Positions 55,397-63,416 of a stretch of 64,000 nt of DNA are shown here, piece after piece. The notes under the pieces were generated by a model, which saw only the letters and a list, made by a program, of their open reading frames with translations, was not told where the DNA came from and did no database searches. The translations under genes were made by a program, and so were the position numbers. This DNA comes from Spirochaetia bacterium (GTDB lineage: Bacteria > Spirochaetota > Spirochaetia > SZUA-6 > Bin103), in the NCBI GenBank assembly GCA_965203055.1, contig OZ241863.1, forward strand, positions 320,001 through 384,000. Direction: 5' to 3'. The first letter of the stretch is position 1. Each line of letters begins with the position of its first letter.

Positions 55397-55884
55397 GCTT
55401 CCTCCCGCGGCGCCGCCAACTCATCGATGCGGCGCAGCACGTTGCTCATCTCCAACGCCGACAGGGCGGCGTTCCAGCCGAGGTTTCCCTGCTTGGCGCC
55501 GGCGCGCTCGAGCGCCTGCTCGAGGCTGGCCGCGGTGATGATGGCGAAGGTCATCGGCACGCCGGCGGCGGCCGATTCGCGCGCTATCCCGGCGGCGGCG
55601 TTGCCGGCCACGTACTGGTGATGGTCGGTGGCGCCTTCGATGACCGCTCCCAGACACACCACCGCGGCGCAACGCAACCGCTGCGCCACCCGCCGCGCCG
55701 CCAGCGGAATCTCGAACGCGCCCGGAACCCATACCACGGTAATCAGTTCCGGCGCTACCCCGTGGCGGCGCAGGCAGTCGCCGGCTCCCTCCACCAGGCG
55801 GTTGGTGATCAGCTCGTTGAAGCGGCTGGCCACCAGCGCGAAGCGGCGCCCGGCGCCCTCGTAGGTGCCCTCGATCAGTTGCAC
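55393..55884 (-). CDS. ribH: 6,7-dimethyl-8-ribityllumazine synthase
   Basis: [40 protein letters not shown]. Confidence 0.93.
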   Translation of the reverse strand: MQLIEGTYEGAGRRFALVASRFNELITNRLVEGAGDCLRRHGVAPELITVVWVPGAFEIPLAARRVAQRLRCAAVVCLGAVIEGATDHHQYVAGNAAAGIARESAAAGVPMTFAIITAASLEQALERAGAKQGNLGWNAALSALEMSNVLRRIDELAAPREEA

Positions 55885-57101
55885 CGCGCCGCCTCCGCAA
55901 CCGCATCCACGCTGACCACCGGCAGGCGGTGGTCAGCGGCCAGTCGGCGCAGCTCCGCGGCGCCGGCCATGCTGCCATCTTCGGCCATGATCTCGCAGAT
56001 CACCGCCACCGGCCGGCAGCCGGCCAGCCGCATCAGCTCCAGGGCGGCTTCGGTGTGGCCGGGGCGGACGCGCACGCCGCCGGGGTCGCCGATGATCGGG
56101 AACACGTGGCCGGGGCGGGCGAACTCCTCCGCCGCGGCGGCCGGGTCGGCGAGCGCGGCGATGGTGGCGGCGCGGTCCGCGGCCGAGGTGCCGGTCGAGG
56201 TGCCGCCGCGGTAATCGACCGATACGGTGAACGCGGTGCCGTGCAGCGCGCTGTTCTCCGCGGTCATGGGCGGCAGGTCGAGTTCGGCGGCGCGCCGCGC
56301 GGTGAGTGGCACGCAGACCAAGCCGCGCCCGCGGCTGACCATGAAGTTCACCGCCGCGGGGGTGGCGTGTTGGGCGGCGATCACCAGGTCGCCCTCGTTT
56401 TCCCGCGCCGCGTGGTCGGTAACGATGATCATCCGCCCGGCAGCCAGCGCCGCGGCGGCCTCGGCCACGCCGCCGGGGGCGGCCTCCGGCGGGGCCTGAG
56501 TCTGCAGCGACTCGAGATACTTGGCGATCATGTCCACCTCCAGATTCACCGCGGCGCCCGGCTTGCGGTCGCGCAACGCGGTGTGACGTGCGGTGTAGGG
56601 AATGATGGAGAACGTGACGCGGTTGCCGGCGAGCTCGGCAACGGTCAGGCTGACGCCGTTGACGGCCAGCGATCCTTCGAGGGCCACGTAGCGCCGCAGG
56701 CGCGGCGGTACGTCGATCTCGAAACGCCAGGCCCCGGCGTCTCCTTCCGGCGCCGCGCCGAACGGCGCCCAGACGCGCACGCTGCCGGTGGCGTTGACGT
56801 GGCCTTGCACGAAGTGGCCGGCAAGCCGACTGCCGACCGCCAGCGCCCGCTCCAGATTGACGCGGTCACCTGCCCGCAACGAGCCGAGCGTGGTCTTGCG
56901 CAGCGTAGCGCCCCCGGCCTCCACCACGAACCGATCCGCGCGGCGGCTCACCACGGTCTGGCAGACGCCGTCCACGGCCACCGACGCGCCGGGCGCCAGG
57001 TCGTCGAGGACCCGCGCGCAGCCGATGGTCAGCCGTACGCCGCCGCCCGCGCCGGCGCGGTCGAGGATGGTGCCGATCTCTTCGACGATGCCGGAAAACA
57101 T
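55875..57101 (-). CDS. ribE-ribB: Fusion: riboflavin synthase (RibE) + 3,4-dihydroxy-2-butanone-4-phosphate synthase (RibB)
   Basis: MFSGIVEE, SVAVDGVC, VNLERAL, GHFVQGHV, VNLEVD; then in the same frame RENEGDL, TAFTVSVD, GTSAADRA, RPGHVFP, GHTEA, ICEI. Confidence 0.9.
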   Translation of the reverse strand: MFSGIVEEIGTILDRAGAGGGVRLTIGCARVLDDLAPGASVAVDGVCQTVVSRRADRFVVEAGGATLRKTTLGSLRAGDRVNLERALAVGSRLAGHFVQGHVNATGSVRVWAPFGAAPEGDAGAWRFEIDVPPRLRRYVALEGSLAVNGVSLTVAELAGNRVTFSIIPYTARHTALRDRKPGAAVNLEVDMIAKYLESLQTQAPPEAAPGGVAEAAAALAAGRMIIVTDHAARENEGDLVIAAQHATPAAVNFMVSRGRGLVCVPLTARRAAELDLPPMTAENSALHGTAFTVSVDYRGGTSTGTSAADRAATIAALADPAAAAEEFARPGHVFPIIGDPGGVRVRPGHTEAALELMRLAGCRPVAVICEIMAEDGSMAGAAELRRLAADHRLPVVSVDAVAEAARCN

Positions 57102-57106
57102 CGGCC

Positions 57107-58291
57107 TTACCGGATCCCGGCGCCCGCCGGCGCCGCGGCGGCGGCCGGAACCACGGCCCGCCGCAGAGTGTCCAGGTCGCGGTAGCCGGTGACCATCACC
57201 TGGTCGTTGATGGCCGTGGTGGTGACGCCGCGCAGGCGCACTGAGTCGGTGAGCCGCTCGCTGCCCAGGTCGCCCACGGCGTCGACGCCGGCGCCGATCA
57301 GCAGCGGCGCCAGAAACACGGTGAGCTGATCGAAGCGCCCGGCGCGCAGCAAGGAGGTGTATACCGCGGCTCCTCCTTCCACCAGGAGCGAGCGAATGCC
57401 GTGCTCGTAGAGGGTCCGCAGCGCCTCGTCGACGTCCACCCGCCCGGCCGCGTCGGCCGCTACGGTGCGCACCTGCGCGCCGCGCGCGGCCAGCGCGGCG
57501 CGCCGCGCCGGGTCGGCGCCGGCAGTGGTCAGGACCATGGTCCGGCGCGCCAGCCGGTCGCTGGCCAGCCGCGCGCCGGGCGGCAGCGAGAGGCGGCTAT
57601 CGAGGACCACCCGCCGCGGCGGCGGGGCCGGCCGCCGGCCGGGTTCGACCTCGCGCACGGTGAGCCGCGGGTCGTCGCGCAGCGCCGTGCCGCGGCCCAC
57701 CAGAATGGCATCGTGCTCGGCGCGCATCCGCTGCACCACGCGGCGGGCCGTGTCGTCGGTGATCCAGCGCGAGTGCCCGCTGCCGGTGGCAATGCGGCCG
57801 TCGAGGGATTGCGCGATCTTCAAGTGCACGAAGGGGCGCCGGTAGTGGGCGGCGGTGAAGAACGGGAGATTGAGCCGCAACGCGGCCTCGGCCTGCACGC
57901 CCACGGTCACCTGAATGCCCGCGCTGCGCAGCAGGGCTACCCCGGAGCCGCTGACGCGGGGGTTGGGATCGAGGGTGGCTACCGTCACCTGCTCCAGCCC
58001 GGCGCGGATGATGCGCGGGGCGCAGGGCGGGGTGAGCTTGCCCGGGTAGGCGGCCGCGCACGGCTCCAGGTTGCAGTACAGGTGCGCTCCGCGCGGGCTC
58101 TCACGACACGCGTCGAGGGCCGCGGCTTCGGCGTGGCGCGCGCCGTGACGCTCGTGGAATCCCTCGCCGATGACCCGGCCATCCTTCATCACCACGCATC
58201 CGGTGAGCGGATTGGGCGAAGTGCGCCCGCGCCCGTGCTCGGCAAGTTGCAGCGCGCGCCGCATGTGGTTGCAATGGCTCGTTCCCGTCAC
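57107..58291 (-). CDS. ribD: Bifunctional pyrimidine deaminase/reductase
   Basis: TSPNP, HAE, LEPC...PPC, KIAQSLDG, SRWIT, DDPRLTVR, LVEGG; GTG at 58291 or ATG at 58264. Confidence 0.93.
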   Translation of the reverse strand: MTGTSHCNHMRRALQLAEHGRGRTSPNPLTGCVVMKDGRVIGEGFHERHGARHAEAAALDACRESPRGAHLYCNLEPCAAAYPGKLTPPCAPRIIRAGLEQVTVATLDPNPRVSGSGVALLRSAGIQVTVGVQAEAALRLNLPFFTAAHYRRPFVHLKIAQSLDGRIATGSGHSRWITDDTARRVVQRMRAEHDAILVGRGTALRDDPRLTVREVEPGRRPAPPPRRVVLDSRLSLPPGARLASDRLARRTMVLTTAGADPARRAALAARGAQVRTVAADAAGRVDVDEALRTLYEHGIRSLLVEGGAAVYTSLLRAGRFDQLTVFLAPLLIGAGVDAVGDLGSERLTDSVRLRGVTTTAINDQVMVTGYRDLDTLRRAVVPAAAAAPAGAGIR

Positions 58292-58400
58292 GCTTCCCGT
58301 TCCGAGAACTCCGGCGGCGGAGGCACATCGGACGCAATACGCGATGCGGCAACGATGCGAGCGCACCGCCGGCGCCTGCGCGCGGGGCCCGAGGTCGTGC

Positions 58401-58548
58401 GAACTTCTCCCATCCGGACTGTCACCGTCGGCACCGGAGTTGCACCGGTTCAGTCCCCTCCACCTCACGTGAACGGGAGTAGTGGGCTGCGGGCGCCGCG
58501 AAGGCCGCCCTCACCACCGGTCTGGAATTACACCATGCCCCGAAGTTC
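58401..58548 (-). ncRNA. FMN riboswitch (RFN element)
   Basis: Minus strand CTTCGGGGCATGGTGTAATTCCAGACCGGTGGT...AGCCCAC...CTGAACCGGTGCAACTCCGGTGCCGACGGTGACAGTCCGGATGGGAGAAG; P1 GAACTTC/GAAGTTC; lies upstream of ribD. Confidence 0.95.
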
Positions 58549-58562
58549 TCTTTTCGGCGTCG

Positions 58563-58591
58563 AGTGTAGGGCTCCCGGCCGCGGCCGTCAA
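58563..58591 (-). promoter_or_regulatory. Sigma70-type promoter of the rib operon
   Basis: TTGACG (58591-58586)-17 bp-TACACT (58568-58563); the -35 overlaps the PIN gene stop codon. Confidence 0.65.
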
Positions 58592-59037
58592 CGATACGCC
58601 GGACGCAACGGCAGGAGGTCGATTCCCAGGTGTTCGGCGTTGTTGCGGATGCGTTCGTCGACCGACAGCAACGCCAGTTCGGTGACCAGATTGCGCGCCA
58701 TCAAGGCGGTGGCCAGATGGATCGCCTCGGCCGCCCGGAGCGGCTCCAGCGGGTAGGCGCGCCGCGCGCGGTCCACCACCTCCCGGTCGATCGAGAAGAT
58801 GGTCCAGTGCTCGGTCACCGAAGACAGCATGGACCGCGTCTGCGCGACCAGCGACACGCTGAGCATGCCCCGCGTCTGCCCGCGCTGCAGCACCCGGTCG
58901 CACTCGACCAGCGTAAGGTCGGAAGTCATGACCAGTTGCGCCGTCTGCAATGACTGGCGCACCTCATCACCTCCGGTCTCGCCAAGCAGCCAGATCAGTA
59001 CTGCGCTCGACTCGGCATACAGGTTGGGAGGCTTCAT
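58588..59037 (-). CDS. vapC: PIN-domain (VapC-like) toxin
   Basis: LYAESSA..WL, TLVEC, LRAAEAIHLATAL, LSVDERI; start overlaps the antitoxin stop. Confidence 0.8.
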   Translation of the reverse strand: MKPPNLYAESSAVLIWLLGETGGDEVRQSLQTAQLVMTSDLTLVECDRVLQRGQTRGMLSVSLVAQTRSMLSSVTEHWTIFSIDREVVDRARRAYPLEPLRAAEAIHLATALMARNLVTELALLSVDERIRNNAEHLGIDLLPLRPAYR

Positions 59038-59324
59038 CGCGAGCCGCGTTCCTCGTCCAGCAGGCGCCTGGCGGTGCCCTGGCTCAGCGAACGCGGCACG
59101 CGCGGATAGGACACGGCGACGTTGGGAGCGCCCATCCGCACGCGGCCGGCGCGGGCATGGCGAACCAGCCCGGAGTATGCGGCGCCGTTCGGTACGCCGG
59201 TCGGTTCGCGCAGCTCGGCCACCACCCGGCCGCGGTCGGTCACCAGAAACTCTTCGCCGCGGCGTACGCGGCGCACGTACTCGCTGAGTCGGTTCTTCAG
59301 TTCACGAATTCCGACGGAAACCAT
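59034..59324 (-). CDS. Phd/YefM family antitoxin
   Basis: VGIRELKNRLSEYVRRV..GEEFLVTDRGRVVAEL. Confidence 0.9.
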   Translation of the reverse strand: MVSVGIRELKNRLSEYVRRVRRGEEFLVTDRGRVVAELREPTGVPNGAAYSGLVRHARAGRVRMGAPNVAVSYPRVPRSLSQGTARRLLDEERGSR

Positions 59325-59325
59325 G

Positions 59326-59359
59326 GTAGCTACATTGTACCGTTATGTGGCCACATTGT
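59326..59359. promoter_or_regulatory. Paired palindromic TA operator sites around the -10 box
   Basis: GTAGCTAC (59326-59333) and ATGTGGCCACAT (59345-59356), both matching GTRGCYACATTGT; minus-strand TACAAT at 59339-59334. Confidence 0.65.
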
Positions 59360-59399
59360 CCAACCGGTCGTGCGCTCGGTTTCGCCGCGCTGCCGCCGC

Positions 59400-60275
59400 T
59401 CATTGTGGCGCCGTGTGGCCACTTTGCGGGAGCTCGCCGGCGGCAAGGCCCAGGACCGCACCGGCGCGGCGCGCGAACTCGGGGTCGAGGCCGGCAGGGG
59501 TCAAGTCCACTCCCCGGGACAGGTGCTTCACCACCAGCCCCAGCGCCGCCAGCCGGGCATGGCGCTTGTCGTTGGCGGCTACCACGTGCCACGGGTGCGC
59601 CACCGTGGAAGTGTGGCGGAACATGTCTTCGATGGCGGCCTCATACTCGGACCAGCGCGACCGGTTACGTAGATCTTCGGGCGAAAGCTTCCAGCGCTTG
59701 AGCGGATCCCTCAGCCGGGCGCGGAACCGCTTGAGCTGCTCCTCCGGCGTGATGTGCAGAAAGATCTTCACCAGCCGGATGCCGTCATCGGCCAGCAGCC
59801 GCTCGAAGTCGTTGATCTCCGCATAGGCGCGGCGCCACTCGGCGTCGGCGGCGTAGCCTTCGACGCGCTCCACCAGTACGCGGCCGTACCAGGAGCGGTC
59901 GAACACCACCAACTGCCCCGGATAGGGCAGGCGCCGCCAGAAGCGGTACAGGTAGGGCTGCCCCTGTTCTTCGGGATTGGGGGCGGCGATCGGCCACACC
60001 TTGAAGCCGCGCGGGTCGAGCGGCCATCCGAGGCGCCGGATGATGCCGCCCTTGCCGGCCGCGTCCCAGCCTTCGAACACCACTACCCCGCGCCGCCGGT
60101 GGGCGCGATAGGCCAGGGAAAGTTCCTTCAGCTCATGCTGCCGGCGTTCCAGCCGGGGCTCGTATTCGCGGCGCGCGACGCGCGGGCTCAGGTCCAGACC
60201 GGCCAGGCTGGGCGGGCGCCGCTGCAGCCGGATCGGAGGCCGCTGGCTGACCCTTTGCTTCGATTTTCCTGCCAT
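59400..60275 (-). CDS. ppk2: Polyphosphate kinase 2 family protein
   Basis: FEGWDAAGKGG.I, FDRSWYGRVLVERV, KIFLHIT.EEQ..RF, KRWKL. Confidence 0.92.
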   Translation of the reverse strand: MAGKSKQRVSQRPPIRLQRRPPSLAGLDLSPRVARREYEPRLERRQHELKELSLAYRAHRRRGVVVFEGWDAAGKGGIIRRLGWPLDPRGFKVWPIAAPNPEEQGQPYLYRFWRRLPYPGQLVVFDRSWYGRVLVERVEGYAADAEWRRAYAEINDFERLLADDGIRLVKIFLHITPEEQLKRFRARLRDPLKRWKLSPEDLRNRSRWSEYEAAIEDMFRHTSTVAHPWHVVAANDKRHARLAALGLVVKHLSRGVDLTPAGLDPEFARRAGAVLGLAAGELPQSGHTAPQ

Positions 60276-60411
60276 ACCGGCGCCTCCCGTTCAACCCCGC
60301 ATGCGGTTGGTGATGCCAAGCGCCGCCGGTCAGGCGCGGTTGGCGGGCCGTCAACATCCCCCCGCATGCGGCGGTGATGCTCTATAGTATGCTTATCGGG
60401 AGATTCACCTC

Positions 60412-62202
60412 ATGCGGAACGAGAATGGCGGCCGCGCAGGGGTTCGCTACGAACCTGACGACAAGCCCCCGAAAGCGCTGACGTTCGGGCTTGGCGTGCA
60501 ATTCACGATCCTGACCATCGCCGGCGTGGTGCTGACGCCGGCGATCGTGATTCGCGCCGCCGGCAGCAGCGAGTCCTACCTGTCATGGGCGGTGTTCGCG
60601 GCGGTCGCCGTCAGCGGCGCCACCACCATCCTGCAGGCGCTTCGCGTCGGTCGAATCGGCGCCGGCTACGTGCTGCTGATGGGTACCTCCGGGGCCTTCA
60701 TCGCGGTCTGCGTCACGGCGCTGGCCCAGGGCGGCCCGGCGCTGCTTGCCACGCTGGTGGTGATCTCGTCGCTGTTCCAATTCGCGCTCGCCGCCCGGCT
60801 CTCGTTGCTGCGCCGGGTGTTGACGCCCACCGTGGCCGGCACCGTGATCATGCTGATCGCGGTCACGGTCATGCCGATCGTGTTCGACATGCTGGCGCAG
60901 GTACCGGCCGCGGCGCCGCCGCCGGCCGCGCCGCTGAGCGCCCTGGCGACCCTGCTGGTGATCATCGGCATCGCGCTCAAGGCCGGCGGACCGCTGCGCC
61001 TCTGGGCGCCGGTCATCGGCGTGGTTGCCGGCACCGTGACCGCGGGCCTGTTCGGCATCTACGACCTGAGCTCGGTCGCCCGGGCCGCGTGGATCGGCAT
61101 TCCGCAAAGCGCATGGCCCGGTTTCGACCTGAGCTTCGGACCGCTGTTCTGGGCGCTGCTGCCGGCCTTCATCTTCGTGACCCTGGTGGGCGCCATCGAG
61201 ACGATCGGCGACTCGGTGGCCATCCAGCGCGTGTCCTGGCGCCGGCCGCGCGCAATCGACTTCCGCGCGGTGCAGGGCGGCGTGGCCGCGGACGGAACCG
61301 GCAACCTGCTGTCCGGCCTTGCGGGAACGGTGCCGAACACGACCTATTCCTCCTCCATCGCGGTCACCGAGCTTACCGGCGTCGCCGCGCGCGGGGTCGG
61401 GGTCGCCATCGGCGCCGTATACCTCGCGCTGGCGTTCCTGCCCAAGGCGTTGGCCGCGGTGGTGGCGATTCCCGGGCCGGTGGCCGCCGCCTACCTCACG
61501 GTAATTCTGTCGATGCTGTTCGTGCAGGGCTTGAAGATGGTGGTGCAGGACGGGATCGACTATCGCAAGGGTCTCGTGGTCGGCGTCTCGTTCTGGGCCG
61601 GCGTGGGGTTTCAGAGCGGCGTGATCTTCCCCGATTACTTCTCCCAGGCCGCCGGCGGCCTGCTGCAGAACGGCATGACCGCGGGCGGTCTGGTCGCGGT
61701 TCTGATGACCTTGTTCATGGAGCTGACGGCGCCCCGCCGCAGCCGTCTGGAGGCGCATACCGACCTTGCCGACCTGCCGCGGATCACCAAGTTCCTGCGC
61801 GCCTTCGCCGCCCGCAACGGCTGGGACGCGGCGATGGCGCAACGCCTCGACGCCGCCGGTGAAGAGACGCTGCTGTCGCTCATCGAGCAGGAGGAAGGCG
61901 GGCCGGACGACGGGCGCGAACGCGGGCGGCGCCGCCTGCTGCTGGTGGCCCACAAGCAGGACGGCGGGGCGGTGCTGGAGTTCACCGCGGCCGCCGGCGG
62001 GGAGAATCTCCAGGACCGTCTCGCGCTGCTCGAAGCGCCGTCCGGCGACGCTCCCGACGAGCGCGAGTTCTCACTGCGGCTGCTGCGTCACCTGGCCTCG
62101 TCGGTCCGCCACGAGCAGTACCACGACACCGAAATCGTAACCGTACGCGTCGAGGCGCCCGTCGCGGCTCATAGTCCGCGGGCCGCTCGCCGGACCGGCT
62201 AA
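60412..62202 (+). CDS. NCS2 (xanthine/uracil permease)-like transporter fused to a C-terminal degenerate RsbW/HATPase_c_2-like domain
   Basis: Multiple TM helices, GTSGAF, ETIGD, ADGTG...PNTTYS...TGVAAR, PK...IPGPV; soluble C-terminal about 150 aa with LPRITKFL...EETLL...FSLRLLRHL. Confidence 0.8.
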   Translation: MRNENGGRAGVRYEPDDKPPKALTFGLGVQFTILTIAGVVLTPAIVIRAAGSSESYLSWAVFAAVAVSGATTILQALRVGRIGAGYVLLMGTSGAFIAVCVTALAQGGPALLATLVVISSLFQFALAARLSLLRRVLTPTVAGTVIMLIAVTVMPIVFDMLAQVPAAAPPPAAPLSALATLLVIIGIALKAGGPLRLWAPVIGVVAGTVTAGLFGIYDLSSVARAAWIGIPQSAWPGFDLSFGPLFWALLPAFIFVTLVGAIETIGDSVAIQRVSWRRPRAIDFRAVQGGVAADGTGNLLSGLAGTVPNTTYSSSIAVTELTGVAARGVGVAIGAVYLALAFLPKALAAVVAIPGPVAAAYLTVILSMLFVQGLKMVVQDGIDYRKGLVVGVSFWAGVGFQSGVIFPDYFSQAAGGLLQNGMTAGGLVAVLMTLFMELTAPRRSRLEAHTDLADLPRITKFLRAFAARNGWDAAMAQRLDAAGEETLLSLIEQEEGGPDDGRERGRRRLLLVAHKQDGGAVLEFTAAAGGENLQDRLALLEAPSGDAPDEREFSLRLLRHLASSVRHEQYHDTEIVTVRVEAPVAAHSPRAARRTG

Positions 62203-63395
62203 CCGGACGCGGTGACGCGGCGCAGGCCGGCGGTGAGCCGGCGGAGCGCCTCGGCCAGGGTGGCGTCGTCGGGGGCGGCGTAGGCGATGCGCAGGTAGCA
62301 GCCGGCGGTCAGCCCGAAGGCGGCGCCCGGCACCGCCGCGACCCGATGGTCGCGGATCAAGCGCGCGGCGACCTCCATCGAGTCGGCGTCGGCCGCCACC
62401 TTGGCGAGCACGTAGAACGCGCCGCGGGCCGCCGGCACTTCCACCAGCGGGCCCAGCTCCTCGAGCGCGGCCAGCACCGCGGCGCGCCGGGCGGCGATTG
62501 CCGGCAGATGACCGCGGCAGTAGTCGACTCCGGCATCCAGCGCGGCGCACGCCGCGAACTGCGAGATGATCGCCGGACAGATCGCGATGGTGTCCTGGAC
62601 CTTGGCGGCGGCATCGTGCAGGTACGCCGGGAGGCGCAGGTAGCCGATCCGCCAGCTCGCGAAGCCGTACGCCTTGGAGAGGGAGTAGAGGGAGATCGTG
62701 TGCTTGCCGGCGCCGGGCAGCGAACCGGGCGAAAAGTGCTCGGCGCCGTCGTACAGGAAGTACTCGTACGCCTCGTCGTGCACGTGAAAGACGCCGCGTT
62801 CGGCGCACAGCCGGTTCAGGGCGCGCAGGTCCGCTTGCGGGTAGACGGCGCCGGAGGGATTGTTCGGGGAGATGGTGACCACCGCGCGCGTGTTGGCGTT
62901 GATCGCGGCCGCCGCGGCGTCCAGGTCGAGTTGGAACTCGGCGTCGGTGGCCACCACCACCGGCCGGCAGCCGGCCATCGTCACCGCCATTTCATGGTTG
63001 AAGTAGAACGGCGACATCAGCACCACCTCGTCGCCCTCGTCGCAGATTGCCAGCAGGGCGTTGACGAACGCCATGTTGCCGCCCGAGGTCACCATCAGCT
63101 CGCGCTCGTCGGCAATCGTGATCCCGTTCTCGCGCGCCAACTTGGCGGCGATGCGCTCGCGAAGCGCGGGAATGCCGTACACCGAGGCATACTTGTGATT
63201 GGCCGGGTCGGCCAGGAAGCGGGCGGTCGCCTCCCGGATGCCGGACGGCGGGGGATAGCCGACCACCCCCTGCCCCAGCGAGATGGTGCCCGGGTTCTCG
63301 GCGATGAGCCGGTGGATGCGCGGGATGATCGGCGGCTGCACCCGCTGCAGGCGGGCGGACTGGGAGAATCGAGTCGCCGGATTCGGCTGGTTCAT
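62199..63395 (-). CDS. PLP-dependent aminotransferase class I/II
   Basis: ISLGQG, G...LRE.IA, TSGGN, SPNNPSG, DEAY, SLSKAYGFASWRIGY, LRIAY. Confidence 0.92.
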   Translation of the reverse strand: MNQPNPATRFSQSARLQRVQPPIIPRIHRLIAENPGTISLGQGVVGYPPPSGIREATARFLADPANHKYASVYGIPALRERIAAKLARENGITIADERELMVTSGGNMAFVNALLAICDEGDEVVLMSPFYFNHEMAVTMAGCRPVVVATDAEFQLDLDAAAAAINANTRAVVTISPNNPSGAVYPQADLRALNRLCAERGVFHVHDEAYEYFLYDGAEHFSPGSLPGAGKHTISLYSLSKAYGFASWRIGYLRLPAYLHDAAAKVQDTIAICPAIISQFAACAALDAGVDYCRGHLPAIAARRAAVLAALEELGPLVEVPAARGAFYVLAKVAADADSMEVAARLIRDHRVAAVPGAAFGLTAGCYLRIAYAAPDDATLAEALRRLTAGLRRVTASG

Positions 63396-63416
63396 GAGGT
63401 GTTGACCGCCCCTCTT

